Source of the DNA: Candidatus Buchananbacteria bacterium
Lineage (GTDB): Bacteria; Patescibacteriota; Patescibacteriia; CAIXNZ01
Reading direction: 5' to 3'
Assembly: GCA_014729025.1 (NCBI GenBank)
Contig: WJKP01000031.1
Span: forward strand, 1 to 47,549
Length of the DNA stretch: 47,549 nucleotides
The notes beneath the pieces were generated by a model that was not told where the DNA came from, searched no databases, and worked only from the letters and a program-made list of their open reading frames with translations. Within the stretch, counting starts at the first letter, position 1. Each line of letters opens with the position of its first letter. Of the stretch, positions 10,237 through 18,558 are shown piece by piece. Position numbers and translations under genes: made by a program.

Positions 10237-12336
10237 ATGGCTAAAAAAAACACAAAACCAGCTAAAAAAGCTGCAAAAAAAATATCAAAGCCCAAAACTA
10301 AAACAAGCCAAAAGACTAAAAAAACAGATGAATATGGGGCTAAACAAATTACTGTTTTAGAAGGTTTAGAACCTGTACGCAAAAGACCGGGCATGTATAT
10401 TGGTAATACTGCCGAAGCTGGACTACATCATTTAATCTGGGAAGTTGTTGATAATGGTATTGATGAAGCCATGGCTGGTTTTTGTGATCAAATTATTGTA
10501 ACATTAACCGCAGATGGCATGGTTTCTGTTGCTGATAACGGTCGTGGTATTCCTGTTGAAAAACATAAAGCAACAAAAAAATCAGCCTTGGAAACAGTTT
10601 TAACCAAACTTCATGCTGGAGGTAAATTTGGTGAAGGAGGTTATAAAGTTTCAGGTGGCTTACATGGTGTCGGTGTTTCTGTGGTTAATGCTTTATCAGA
10701 ATATCTTAAAGCCGAAGTCAAAAGAAACAACAAATTATGGGAACAAGAATATAAAAGAGGTAAACCATTAAAAAACGTAAAGGCAATAAGAAACGTACAC
10801 GGTAGCGGTACTAGAATAACTTTTAAACCCGACCCTCAAATTTTCACAACCACAGAATTCAATCTAAAAACTATTATTAAACATCTAAGGCAGCAAGCTT
10901 ACCTGACCAAAGGTATAAAAATAATTATCAGAGATGAAAGAAATCCTAAAGATAAACAAGAATATACTTTTTATTTTGAAGGCGGTATTGCTTCTTATGT
11001 CAGATACTTAAACCATAAAAAAGATCCTAAACACGATAATATTTTCTATATTCAGAAAGCAGCTGAAGATATTCAAGTGGAAATCTCTTTGCAGTATGTT
11101 GATGAGTTCAATGAAACAACCTTTACTTTTGCCAATAATATTTATACTGTTGAAGGCGGTATGCACTTAATTGGTTTTAAAACAGCCCTAACCAGAACTT
11201 TGAATAATTTTGCCAGGTCCAAAAACATTTTAAAAGAAAAAGATGAGAATTTAACTGGTGACGATACTCGTGAAGGTTTAACTGCGATTGTCAGTGTGAA
11301 ATTAAAAGACCCGCAATTTGAAGGTCAAACAAAAGCCAAACTAGGCAATGCTGAAGTTAAATCAATTGTTGATAATATTATGGCTGAATATTTTGGTATT
11401 TTCTTGGAAGAACATCCACGTGATGCCGAAGCAATTATTGGCCGTTGTCTTCTAGCAGCTAAAGCCCGCTTAGCAGCCAAAAGCGCCCGGGAAACTATCT
11501 TGCGTAAAGGCGCTTTGGACGGATTTGCTTTACCTGGAAAATTAGCTGATTGTTCTTCTAAAAATGCCGATAATACCGAGTTATACATAGTAGAGGGTGA
11601 TTCAGCTGGCGGTTCTGCCAAACAAGGCCGTGACCGAGGATTTCAAGCAATCCTGCCTTTACGCGGTAAAATTTTAAATGTGGAAAGAGCGAGAATTGAT
11701 AAAATGTTAGCTAATAATGAATTAAAATCATTGATTATTGCTTTAGGCACTAATATTGGTGAACAATTTAATATCGAAGATTTACGTTATAATAAAATTA
11801 TTATCATGACCGATGCTGATGTTGACGGTGCCCATATTAAAACTTTATTATTAACTTTATTTTACAGATATTTTCCTGAACTGATTAAAAAAGGGCGTGT
11901 TTTTGTAGCCAAACCACCGCTTTACAGTGTTGGTAAAGGTAAAGAATCCCGTTACGCCTACTCGGACGATGAAAAAAATCAAATAATCGCTGAGATCGAA
12001 AAAGAAAAAGAAAAAAAAGCCAAACAAAAAGGTAAAATAATTGAGGAAACTGAAGAAAAAGAAGAAAAACTCGAATCAACTAAAGATGTTGAAGAAATAG
12101 AAACAAAATCAGGATTTAAAATAAATATTCAACGATATAAAGGTTTGGGTGAAATGAATCCCGATCAGCTTTGGCAAACTACCATGGATCCACAACACAG
12201 GGTGATGAAAAAAATTAACATTGAAGACGCTGCCAAAGCCGATGAAATTTTTGAAATCTTAATGGGTAATGAAGTGGAAAACAGAAAAAGATTTATTCAA
12301 GCCCGAGCTCAATCAGTCAAAAATCTAGACGTTTAA
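10237..12336 (+). CDS. gyrB: DNA gyrase subunit B
   Basis: LEGLEPVRKRPGMYIG, SGGLHGVG, VEGDSAGG, MTDADVDG, QRYKGLGEM. Start refined to MAKK. Confidence 0.96.
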   Translation: MAKKNTKPAKKAAKKISKPKTKTSQKTKKTDEYGAKQITVLEGLEPVRKRPGMYIGNTAEAGLHHLIWEVVDNGIDEAMAGFCDQIIVTLTADGMVSVADNGRGIPVEKHKATKKSALETVLTKLHAGGKFGEGGYKVSGGLHGVGVSVVNALSEYLKAEVKRNNKLWEQEYKRGKPLKNVKAIRNVHGSGTRITFKPDPQIFTTTEFNLKTIIKHLRQQAYLTKGIKIIIRDERNPKDKQEYTFYFEGGIASYVRYLNHKKDPKHDNIFYIQKAAEDIQVEISLQYVDEFNETTFTFANNIYTVEGGMHLIGFKTALTRTLNNFARSKNILKEKDENLTGDDTREGLTAIVSVKLKDPQFEGQTKAKLGNAEVKSIVDNIMAEYFGIFLEEHPRDAEAIIGRCLLAAKARLAAKSARETILRKGALDGFALPGKLADCSSKNADNTELYIVEGDSAGGSAKQGRDRGFQAILPLRGKILNVERARIDKMLANNELKSLIIALGTNIGEQFNIEDLRYNKIIIMTDADVDGAHIKTLLLTLFYRYFPELIKKGRVFVAKPPLYSVGKGKESRYAYSDDEKNQIIAEIEKEKEKKAKQKGKIIEETEEKEEKLESTKDVEEIETKSGFKINIQRYKGLGEMNPDQLWQTTMDPQHRVMKKINIEDAAKADEIFEILMGNEVENRKRFIQARAQSVKNLDV

Positions 12337-12352
12337 TCCTAATAAAATAAAA

Positions 12353-12390
12353 AAAAGAGCCTTCTTATAAAAAGAGGGCTCTTTTGTTTT
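12353..12390. terminator. Bidirectional terminator after gyrB
   Basis: aaaagagccttctt/aagagggctctttt with A/T tails on both sides. Confidence 0.75.
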
Positions 12391-12413
12391 TTTACTTTGC
12401 CTGACTTTAAAAA

Positions 12414-12557
12414 TCAATCAAGCAAAGCCAAACCTTCATCAGCTAAAATCAGTTCCCAGCAAGAAATCAAATATTGATTAATTTCTTGAATATCCCGAGC
12501 TATCTCTTGACTCAAACTATCGGCTTTTTCAAGTAGCGTATTTACTTCTCTTCTCAT
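12414..12557 (-). CDS. 47-aa hypothetical protein (SD-led; not in ORF track)
   Basis: MRREVNTLLEKADSLSQEIARDIQEINQYLISCWELILADEGLALLD, preceded by AAGGAGGAG just after the upstream stop. Confidence 0.65.
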   Translation of the reverse strand: MRREVNTLLEKADSLSQEIARDIQEINQYLISCWELILADEGLALLD

Positions 12558-12569
12558 TCTTCTCCTCCT

Positions 12570-12848
12570 TTAGTCTTGTTTTGCACCTTCCAGCTCCAAA
12601 ATAGTCAACAGCTCTTCACTGCCATCAGCATAAACCAATTTTAAACGCCCGCCTTGTTTGTGGTGTTTAAAGAGCATAAAAAATAATTTTAGAGCTGTTC
12701 TGACTAAAAAAGATAGAGAAAGTCCCAGCTCTGTAATCATTTCTTCATAACAACCTATTTCACCTCGCCCTAAACGCACTGTCACTGTTCGCCTATCCAA
12801 TTCCCGATTTGATTTACTTTTCCCGCTTTTCGCCTCAGCTTTTTGCAT
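12570..12848 (-). CDS. Ribbon-helix-helix (CopG-like) DNA-binding protein (SD-led)
   Basis: RTVTVRL strand, then helix-GLSLSFLVRTAL helix; AAGGAGG SD. Confidence 0.65.
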   Translation of the reverse strand: MQKAEAKSGKSKSNRELDRRTVTVRLGRGEIGCYEEMITELGLSLSFLVRTALKLFFMLFKHHKQGGRLKLVYADGSEELLTILELEGAKQD

Positions 12849-12935
12849 AATTCGCCTCCTTGGTTATTAAAACAATACAAAACATAAATCAACTACTATT
12901 AGTAAAACATTTTAAATTACAAATGTAAATAAGAA

Positions 12936-12970
12936 TGAAAAGCGGGCGGATTTCAAAGAAATCCGCCCGC
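12936..12970 (-). terminator. Terminator after the C1 peptidase
   Basis: 13-bp perfect stem gcgggcggatttc/gaaatccgcccgc followed by TTTT on the minus strand. Confidence 0.8.
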
Positions 12971-12979
12971 CAAGTATTT

Positions 12980-13942
12980 TTAAAAAGGTGAGCCAAACAT
13001 ATCCTTGAGCCATTCGGGCCAATTTTCGTACCATTGTTCCACACAAGTCTTTTTGTAAAGATCTTTGGTGCCTTTCGCGTCAACAGCTGACCAGCAGGAA
13101 AAGCATTTCCTGCGGAAAAACTCGTAAGGCAGCCAGCCGTAACCGCGTACACCCCAGTCCCTACCCCAGCTGTTACGAATCAAAAAAGCTTGCAATTCGT
13201 CGTGCCAGCCAACAATCAAGGTCGCATGGGCACCGATCGGTCTTTCGCCTGGCTGGGGCATTTCAATCTTGCCATCACGACCGACCCAACGCCAGTTTTC
13301 GTAAACATAAGTGGCAATTGGCAAGGGCCCGTAGGTTAAAATGGCCTGTTTGACATTATCAATGGAACGAGGATGCACTGCGGCATAAGCGGAAATCTTA
13401 TAATTTACCAAAATTTCTTGCAATTTTTTATCGTCTTTTTTAGGCTCATGAGTAAGCTGGCTAAACTCTCGTTCTGGCAAGCAACCTCTTTTTTGGAGCA
13501 ATTTTAAACCGGCATGGACATGAAGTCCGTCACGACCAGAATCAGCCAAACCAGCCAATTCCCTGGCTTCTTCATAAAGCCATTCTTCGCTAAAATCAAG
13601 ATGCTTGACTAATTCCATATAAACAAAATAATCAATCAAAGCGCTCAGGCTATAAGCAGTGCACCAAGGCATTTGGCCTTGATGTTCAATACGTGGCATT
13701 TTCTTGCGCAGATCAAAACGAACCTGTCTTTTTTGCTCATTAAGATCTGGTACCGCTGTTGGCATAAGCTTGAACAAGCCAGCTCTGTCGCCATAATCGA
13801 TTTCAATTAATGGTACATTGCTTTTAAACCTCAGCTTAAAATCACGCGGATCAACTGGATCTTTTAAGACCGAGGGGTCAAGCAACATGCGCTTAAATGA
13901 ATTAAGCGACAAATCTTTTACAGGAACAGCCGAATTGCCCAT
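12980..13942 (-). CDS. Papain-like C1A cysteine peptidase (SD-led, GC-richer than flanks)
   Basis: QGQMPWCTAYS (Cys), GAHATLIVGW (His), IRNSWG (Asn), DPRDF; AAGGAGG SD. Confidence 0.9.
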   Translation of the reverse strand: MGNSAVPVKDLSLNSFKRMLLDPSVLKDPVDPRDFKLRFKSNVPLIEIDYGDRAGLFKLMPTAVPDLNEQKRQVRFDLRKKMPRIEHQGQMPWCTAYSLSALIDYFVYMELVKHLDFSEEWLYEEARELAGLADSGRDGLHVHAGLKLLQKRGCLPEREFSQLTHEPKKDDKKLQEILVNYKISAYAAVHPRSIDNVKQAILTYGPLPIATYVYENWRWVGRDGKIEMPQPGERPIGAHATLIVGWHDELQAFLIRNSWGRDWGVRGYGWLPYEFFRRKCFSCWSAVDAKGTKDLYKKTCVEQWYENWPEWLKDMFGSPF

Positions 13943-14002
13943 TATTATTCCCTCCTTTTGGTTTGTTGGTTCTTTTTAATTGCCAATGTACTTTAATTTT
14001 GC

Positions 14003-14067
14003 AAATTAACATAATTCAATCTAAAAGTCAAGTTTAAACTTGACAAATCTTGGATATAGTATAAAAT
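14003..14067. promoter_or_regulatory. Back-to-back promoters (peptidase on minus, secE operon on plus)
   Basis: Minus TTGACT-17-TAATTT (14031-14003); plus TTGACA-16-TAAAAT (14040-14067). Confidence 0.6.
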
Positions 14068-14202
14068 ATAATTATAAACAAGACCTGGCAAGGGTCTTTT
14101 TAAAATAGATTTTCACGAAAACAAGAATATTTTACCAACATACTAAATTCTTAATATTCGTACATTCGTATTTATTAGTAATTTAGTAAATTATAAAAAT
14201 TT

Positions 14203-14397
14203 ATGAAAAATCCTATTAAAAAATTGATTCAGTATATTAAAGACTCTATTACTGAATTAAAAAAAGTTACCTGGCCCACTAAAAAAGAAACCACTAATTA
14301 TACTTTATTAGTAATCGGCATTAGCTTAGCAGTAGCAGCTTTCATTGGTATTATTGATTATATTTTGGCTTTGGGTGTTGAACAAATAATTAAATAA
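14203..14397 (+). CDS. secE: Preprotein translocase SecE
   Basis: ELKKVTWPT plus one TM, upstream of nusG. Confidence 0.95.
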   Translation: MKNPIKKLIQYIKDSITELKKVTWPTKKETTNYTLLVIGISLAVAAFIGIIDYILALGVEQIIK

Positions 14398-14420
14398 AAA
14401 CAAATTTAACCATAAAACCT

Positions 14421-14963
14421 ATGGCAAAACAAATATCAAGAGGTAAAAGATGGTATGTGATTCACACTTATTCTGGTTATGAAGAAAGTGTAGCTGATAA
14501 TTTAAAACAAAGAATTGAAACAATGGATATGGAAGATAAAATTTTTGATGTTGTTATTCCTACAGAAAAAAAGATTAAAATAAAAAACGGTAAAAGAAAA
14601 ACAGTAATAGAAAAAGTTTATCCCGGTTATTTAATGGTTCAAATGATTGTAACTGATGATTCCTGGTATGTTGTTCGTAATACACCAAATGTAACTGGTT
14701 TTGTCGGTTCAGGTACCACCCCGACCCCGGTTTCTGAAGCAGAAGTTAAAGAATTATTCAAAAGAATGGGGCAAGAAGAGCCTAAGTTTAAAATTGATGT
14801 TTCCGAAGGTTCCCCAGTTAAAATTGTTGACGGCCCCTTCAAAGGTTTTGAGGGCAAAGTTACTGATATTGATGAAGCTCGCGGAAAAGTTAAAATTTTG
14901 GTTTCTATGTTTGGCCGTGAAACCCCAGTCGAGCTTGACTTCTTACAAATAAAAAAGATATAA
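14421..14963 (+). CDS. nusG: Transcription factor NusG
   Basis: WYVIHTYSGYE, VRNTPNVTGFVG, KOW, FGRETPVEL. Confidence 0.97.
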   Translation: MAKQISRGKRWYVIHTYSGYEESVADNLKQRIETMDMEDKIFDVVIPTEKKIKIKNGKRKTVIEKVYPGYLMVQMIVTDDSWYVVRNTPNVTGFVGSGTTPTPVSEAEVKELFKRMGQEEPKFKIDVSEGSPVKIVDGPFKGFEGKVTDIDEARGKVKILVSMFGRETPVELDFLQIKKI

Positions 14964-15037
14964 TTGGTCCAGGCTTGGTTAATAAAACTGCTAAGGCTTG
15001 ATTGACCACCCAATCAAACTATCAATAATTAAAATTT

Positions 15038-15463
15038 ATGCCAAAAGAAATACTAACAACATTAAAATTACAAATCCCTGCCGGACAAGCCAATCCGGCA
15101 CCGCCTGTTGGCCCTGCGCTAGGTCAGCATGGTTTAAATATTCAGGATTTTTGCAGTCAATTTAATGAAGCAACAAAAGATAAAAGCGGTGATATTATTC
15201 CGGTTGAAATCACAGTATATGAAGACCGTTCATTTGACTTTAAATTAAAAACACCACCTGCTTCAGCTTTATTAAAAAAAGCTGCCGGCATAAAAAGCGG
15301 TTCAGGGAAACCTTTACAAGAAAAAGTCGGTAAAGTAAGCAAAGCCCAAATTCGTGAAATAGCAGAAATCAAACTACCTGATTTAAATACAGATGATCTT
15401 GAAGCTGCTACAAAAATTATTGAAGGTACTGCCCGGCAAATGGGTTTAACTGTTGAAGGTTAA
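15038..15463 (+). CDS. rplK: 50S ribosomal protein uL11
   Basis: [17 protein letters not shown]. Confidence 0.98.
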   Translation: MPKEILTTLKLQIPAGQANPAPPVGPALGQHGLNIQDFCSQFNEATKDKSGDIIPVEITVYEDRSFDFKLKTPPASALLKKAAGIKSGSGKPLQEKVGKVSKAQIREIAEIKLPDLNTDDLEAATKIIEGTARQMGLTVEG

Positions 15464-15490
15464 AATTATTAAAAAATAAATATTAAAAGT

Positions 15491-15519
15491 GTGGAAGCTT
15501 AATTAAGCGTTTGCACCAC
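15491..15519 (+). promoter_or_regulatory. uL1-binding autoregulatory RNA site
   Basis: GTGGAAGC...GCACCAC resembles the GTGGGAG...ACCAC L1 site found between rplK and rplA. Confidence 0.7.
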
Positions 15520-15547
15520 GCAATACACTACTACCCCTTATTAAATT

Positions 15548-15577
15548 AACTGATGTATTGCGTGCATCAGTTTTTTT
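15548..15577 (+). terminator. Conditional terminator upstream of rplA
   Basis: aactgatgta-ttgcg-tgcatcagtt plus T run; an 11-bp competing helix forms with 15517-15527. Confidence 0.7.
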
Positions 15578-15615
15578 AATTTAAAAAATTAATTAATAAT
15601 AAAATTTTTAAAATT

Positions 15616-16305
15616 ATGTCTAATAAAGCGCATTCACAAAGATTTATGGAATTAAAAGATAAAATTGATAAAAATACTGCTTATCCACTTGAAGAAGCCA
15701 TCAAACTTGCTAAAGAAACATCAACTACCAAATTCGATGCTTCTATTGAAGTTGCGATAAAAACCGGCATTGATCCTAAAAAAAGCGATCAACAAATCAG
15801 ATCAACTGTTTTAATGCCTCATGGGACTGGTAAAAAAATAAAAATAGCAGTCATTGCACCACCGGCCAAACAAAAAGAAGCCAAAGAAGCAGGGGCTGAT
15901 ATTATCGGTGGCGAAGAATTAATTGATAAAATAGCTAAAACTAAAAAAATAGATTTTGATGTTTTAATTACTGTACCGGAAATGATGAAAGATTTGGCAA
16001 AAATCGCTAAAATTCTAGGCCCCAAAGGCTTAATGCCTAATCCTAAAACAGAGACCGTGACACCTAATATCAAAAAGACGGTTAAAGATTTAGCCAAAGG
16101 TAAAGTCAGTTTTAAAAATGATGATACAGGTAATATTCATATAGCAATCGGGAAAGCCTCTTTTGACGATAAAAAACTAATTGAAAATTTTCAAGCTTTT
16201 ATGGACGCCTTACAAAAATCTAAGCCAGACTCGATCAAAGGTACTTTTATTAAAAAAATAGTTATTTCTTCTTCAATGGGACCTGGCATTCAAGTCCAAA
16301 TTTAG
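15616..16305 (+). CDS. rplA: 50S ribosomal protein uL1
   Basis: KFDASIE, PHGTGK, ILGPKGLMPNPK, SSMGPG. Confidence 0.98.
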   Translation: MSNKAHSQRFMELKDKIDKNTAYPLEEAIKLAKETSTTKFDASIEVAIKTGIDPKKSDQQIRSTVLMPHGTGKKIKIAVIAPPAKQKEAKEAGADIIGGEELIDKIAKTKKIDFDVLITVPEMMKDLAKIAKILGPKGLMPNPKTETVTPNIKKTVKDLAKGKVSFKNDDTGNIHIAIGKASFDDKKLIENFQAFMDALQKSKPDSIKGTFIKKIVISSSMGPGIQVQI

Positions 16306-16346
16306 TTATAATGTAAATATATAATTTTATTATTAAATTAAATTTT

Positions 16347-16634
16347 ATGGATTTTGAAAAGCCTAGAGCACAAGAACAAAAACAAGCAGTTTATACGACT
16401 GAAAAATCAAGTGTTTCTTGGGCCGAAGGTACTCAAGTTTGGGTAGTCGTAGAAAAACAGCCAGATAATGCCTATGTTGTTAGAGCTGAATTTGATGATC
16501 CACAAAAAAGTATTGAAGATTGGCTTGATATTTTACCGACTTCCCAAGCAAATGTTGAGTCTAAAGAAGAAGCAAAAAGAATAGCCGATCAAATGATGGT
16601 TGACAGAGAAAAATGGCCAACTGATATGAGCTAA
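16347..16634 (+). CDS. Hypothetical acidic protein
   Basis: 95-aa ORF followed by hairpin aaaaatactgaa/ttcagtattttt (about 16644-16673). Confidence 0.75.
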   Translation: MDFEKPRAQEQKQAVYTTEKSSVSWAEGTQVWVVVEKQPDNAYVVRAEFDDPQKSIEDWLDILPTSQANVESKEEAKRIADQMMVDREKWPTDMS

Positions 16635-16751
16635 TAAAATAACAAAAATACTGAAATTAAATTCAGTATTTTTTGTTTGCAGTTTTATGAAGCTTTTGTT
16701 AAAATAGAATAGCAAAAGCCCTATAAACTAATTGTAATAAGCTAAATTTAT

Positions 16752-17282
16752 ATGAAAGCCAAAATTCTTCTAGACTATGATGAGCTTAAAAAATTTGTAG
16801 AAGCTCATAAAACCTTACAACAAAAAGTGGTTTGCACGATTGGCTCTTGGGATATGCTACATATCGGCCATCTACGCTACTTAATTAATGCTAAAAATAA
16901 GGGAGATATATTAATTGTCGGCACTGATTCCGATGCAGCTATTAAACGCTATAAAAATGAATATCGCCCAATTATACCGCAAGATGAACGCATGGAAATG
17001 CTGTCATATCAGGACTGTGTTGATTATATTACTTTAATTGATGATGTTGACGAAAAAGGTGCCTGGAATTATGAATTATTAAAAATAATTCAACCTGATA
17101 TTTATGTTTGTATTGACGAAAGTTACCCCGAAGAACAAAAACAAAATATCAGAAAATATGTTAATGAATTAATTGAATTACCCCGTCAAGCTGAAAAAAC
17201 TTCCACGACTGATATTATTGAAAAAACTTTTAAAAGTCATTTGGCTCAAATTAATAACATTATTAAAGAAAAAAAACAATGA
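16752..17282 (+). CDS. HIGH-motif cytidylyl/adenylyltransferase (TagD/RfaE domain II-like)
   Basis: GSWDMLHIGH, LIVGTDSD, RPIIPQDER, STTDII. Confidence 0.88.
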   Translation: MKAKILLDYDELKKFVEAHKTLQQKVVCTIGSWDMLHIGHLRYLINAKNKGDILIVGTDSDAAIKRYKNEYRPIIPQDERMEMLSYQDCVDYITLIDDVDEKGAWNYELLKIIQPDIYVCIDESYPEEQKQNIRKYVNELIELPRQAEKTSTTDIIEKTFKSHLAQINNIIKEKKQ

Positions 17283-18100
17283 AAATAATCGGTACATTTA
17301 CTATTTTACATAAAGGCTATTTGGATATCCTTGAAAAATATCCCGATGCTGATATTTATATTTTAAATAATGAATTAGTTAAAGAATTAACCGACTTGGA
17401 AAAAGATATACGCAAAATTAACAATGATCAAATTATCACTTTAATCTCTGCGCTTAAAAAAAATGTGGAGATTCTAGACAAAGAGTTATTAAAAAAACTA
17501 AAAAAATCAGATGACCATATTATTGTTATTTCTGATCCAATTACTGATAATTTAATCAGAGAATACTTAAATGATTATCCCAAATTAATCATTGAATCAG
17601 GCTTTTTATATCATAAATCAGCAGATGTTAAAACCGAAGAAAAAGAAACTGCCGATCCCAGCCAATATACGAAAGCTGATATTAATTACATGAAAGAAGC
17701 TTATAAAGTTGCCAATGAATCAGGCTGCTGGTGGCGCCAAATCGCTTCTATCCTGGTTAAAGACGGCAAAATATTATACAAAGGCTGCAATGAAATGCTT
17801 CCCAATAAAGACGAGTGTTATCGCATCGGTTGTATCAGGGATCATATTAAACCAGGTGAAAAAATGGATTTTTGCTCAGCTATTCATTCAGAAGTAAATG
17901 TTATTACCCGGGCAGCCAAAGACGGTGTCTCAACCAAAGACGCTGATCTTTATGTAACCGCCTTCCCTTGCCCCCGTTGCGCTAAAGTAATCGCTCAGTC
18001 AGGCATTAGAAGGGTCTTTTTCAATCAAGGCTGGTCAAATTTTGACGGCGAACGAGTGCTTAAAGGTGCTGGTGTGAAATTAATTAAAATTGATTTATAA
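17279..18100 (+). CDS. dCMP deaminase-family protein with an extra N-terminal domain
   Basis: HSE and PCPRC zinc motifs; N-terminus GTFTILHKGY. Confidence 0.85.
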   Translation: MKIIGTFTILHKGYLDILEKYPDADIYILNNELVKELTDLEKDIRKINNDQIITLISALKKNVEILDKELLKKLKKSDDHIIVISDPITDNLIREYLNDYPKLIIESGFLYHKSADVKTEEKETADPSQYTKADINYMKEAYKVANESGCWWRQIASILVKDGKILYKGCNEMLPNKDECYRIGCIRDHIKPGEKMDFCSAIHSEVNVITRAAKDGVSTKDADLYVTAFPCPRCAKVIAQSGIRRVFFNQGWSNFDGERVLKGAGVKLIKIDL

Positions 18101-18102
18101 TT

Positions 18103-18552
18103 ATGACTAAAAATAAAGCAGGTATTGTCAAACGTTTTGCCAAAAACAAAGATTATAAAAATACTTTGGAAAAAATTAAAAAAACCGACAAATGCCCGTT
18201 TTGTCCTGAAAATTTCAAATACCATAAAAAACCAATCTTAAAAAAATACAATGGTTGGCTGGCAACAGCCAATTCCTGGCCATACAAGGATACGGCATAT
18301 CATTTTATTTTTATTCCAGAAAAACATCTGGAAAATTTCTCAGATTTAACTGATAAAGATTTTCAGGCTGTCAAATATTTAGTTAGCTGGGTAATTAATA
18401 AATACAAAATTAAAGGCGGCGGGCTGACTTTACGTTTTGGCAAACAAGATTATACGGGTGCAACAGTTTCCCATTTGCATTTCCACTTAATTGTCCCACA
18501 ATTAAAACCAAAAACAAAATTAGCCAAAACAGTTAATTTCCCTATTGGTTAA
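18103..18552 (+). CDS. HIT-family nucleotide hydrolase
   Basis: CPFC, NSWPY, HLHFH triad. Confidence 0.88.
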   Translation: MTKNKAGIVKRFAKNKDYKNTLEKIKKTDKCPFCPENFKYHKKPILKKYNGWLATANSWPYKDTAYHFIFIPEKHLENFSDLTDKDFQAVKYLVSWVINKYKIKGGGLTLRFGKQDYTGATVSHLHFHLIVPQLKPKTKLAKTVNFPIG

Positions 18553-18558
18553 AAAAAT

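Noticed and set aside
14080-14190. Hairpins upstream of secE, where tRNA-Trp often lies
   Set aside because: No cloverleaf or TTCGA T-loop. The two AT-rich or short hairpins could not be assigned.
17279-17282. Alternative genetic code (TGA read as Gly or Trp)
   Set aside because: TGA serves as a stop in an ATGA overlap, and the long conserved genes are intact under code 11.
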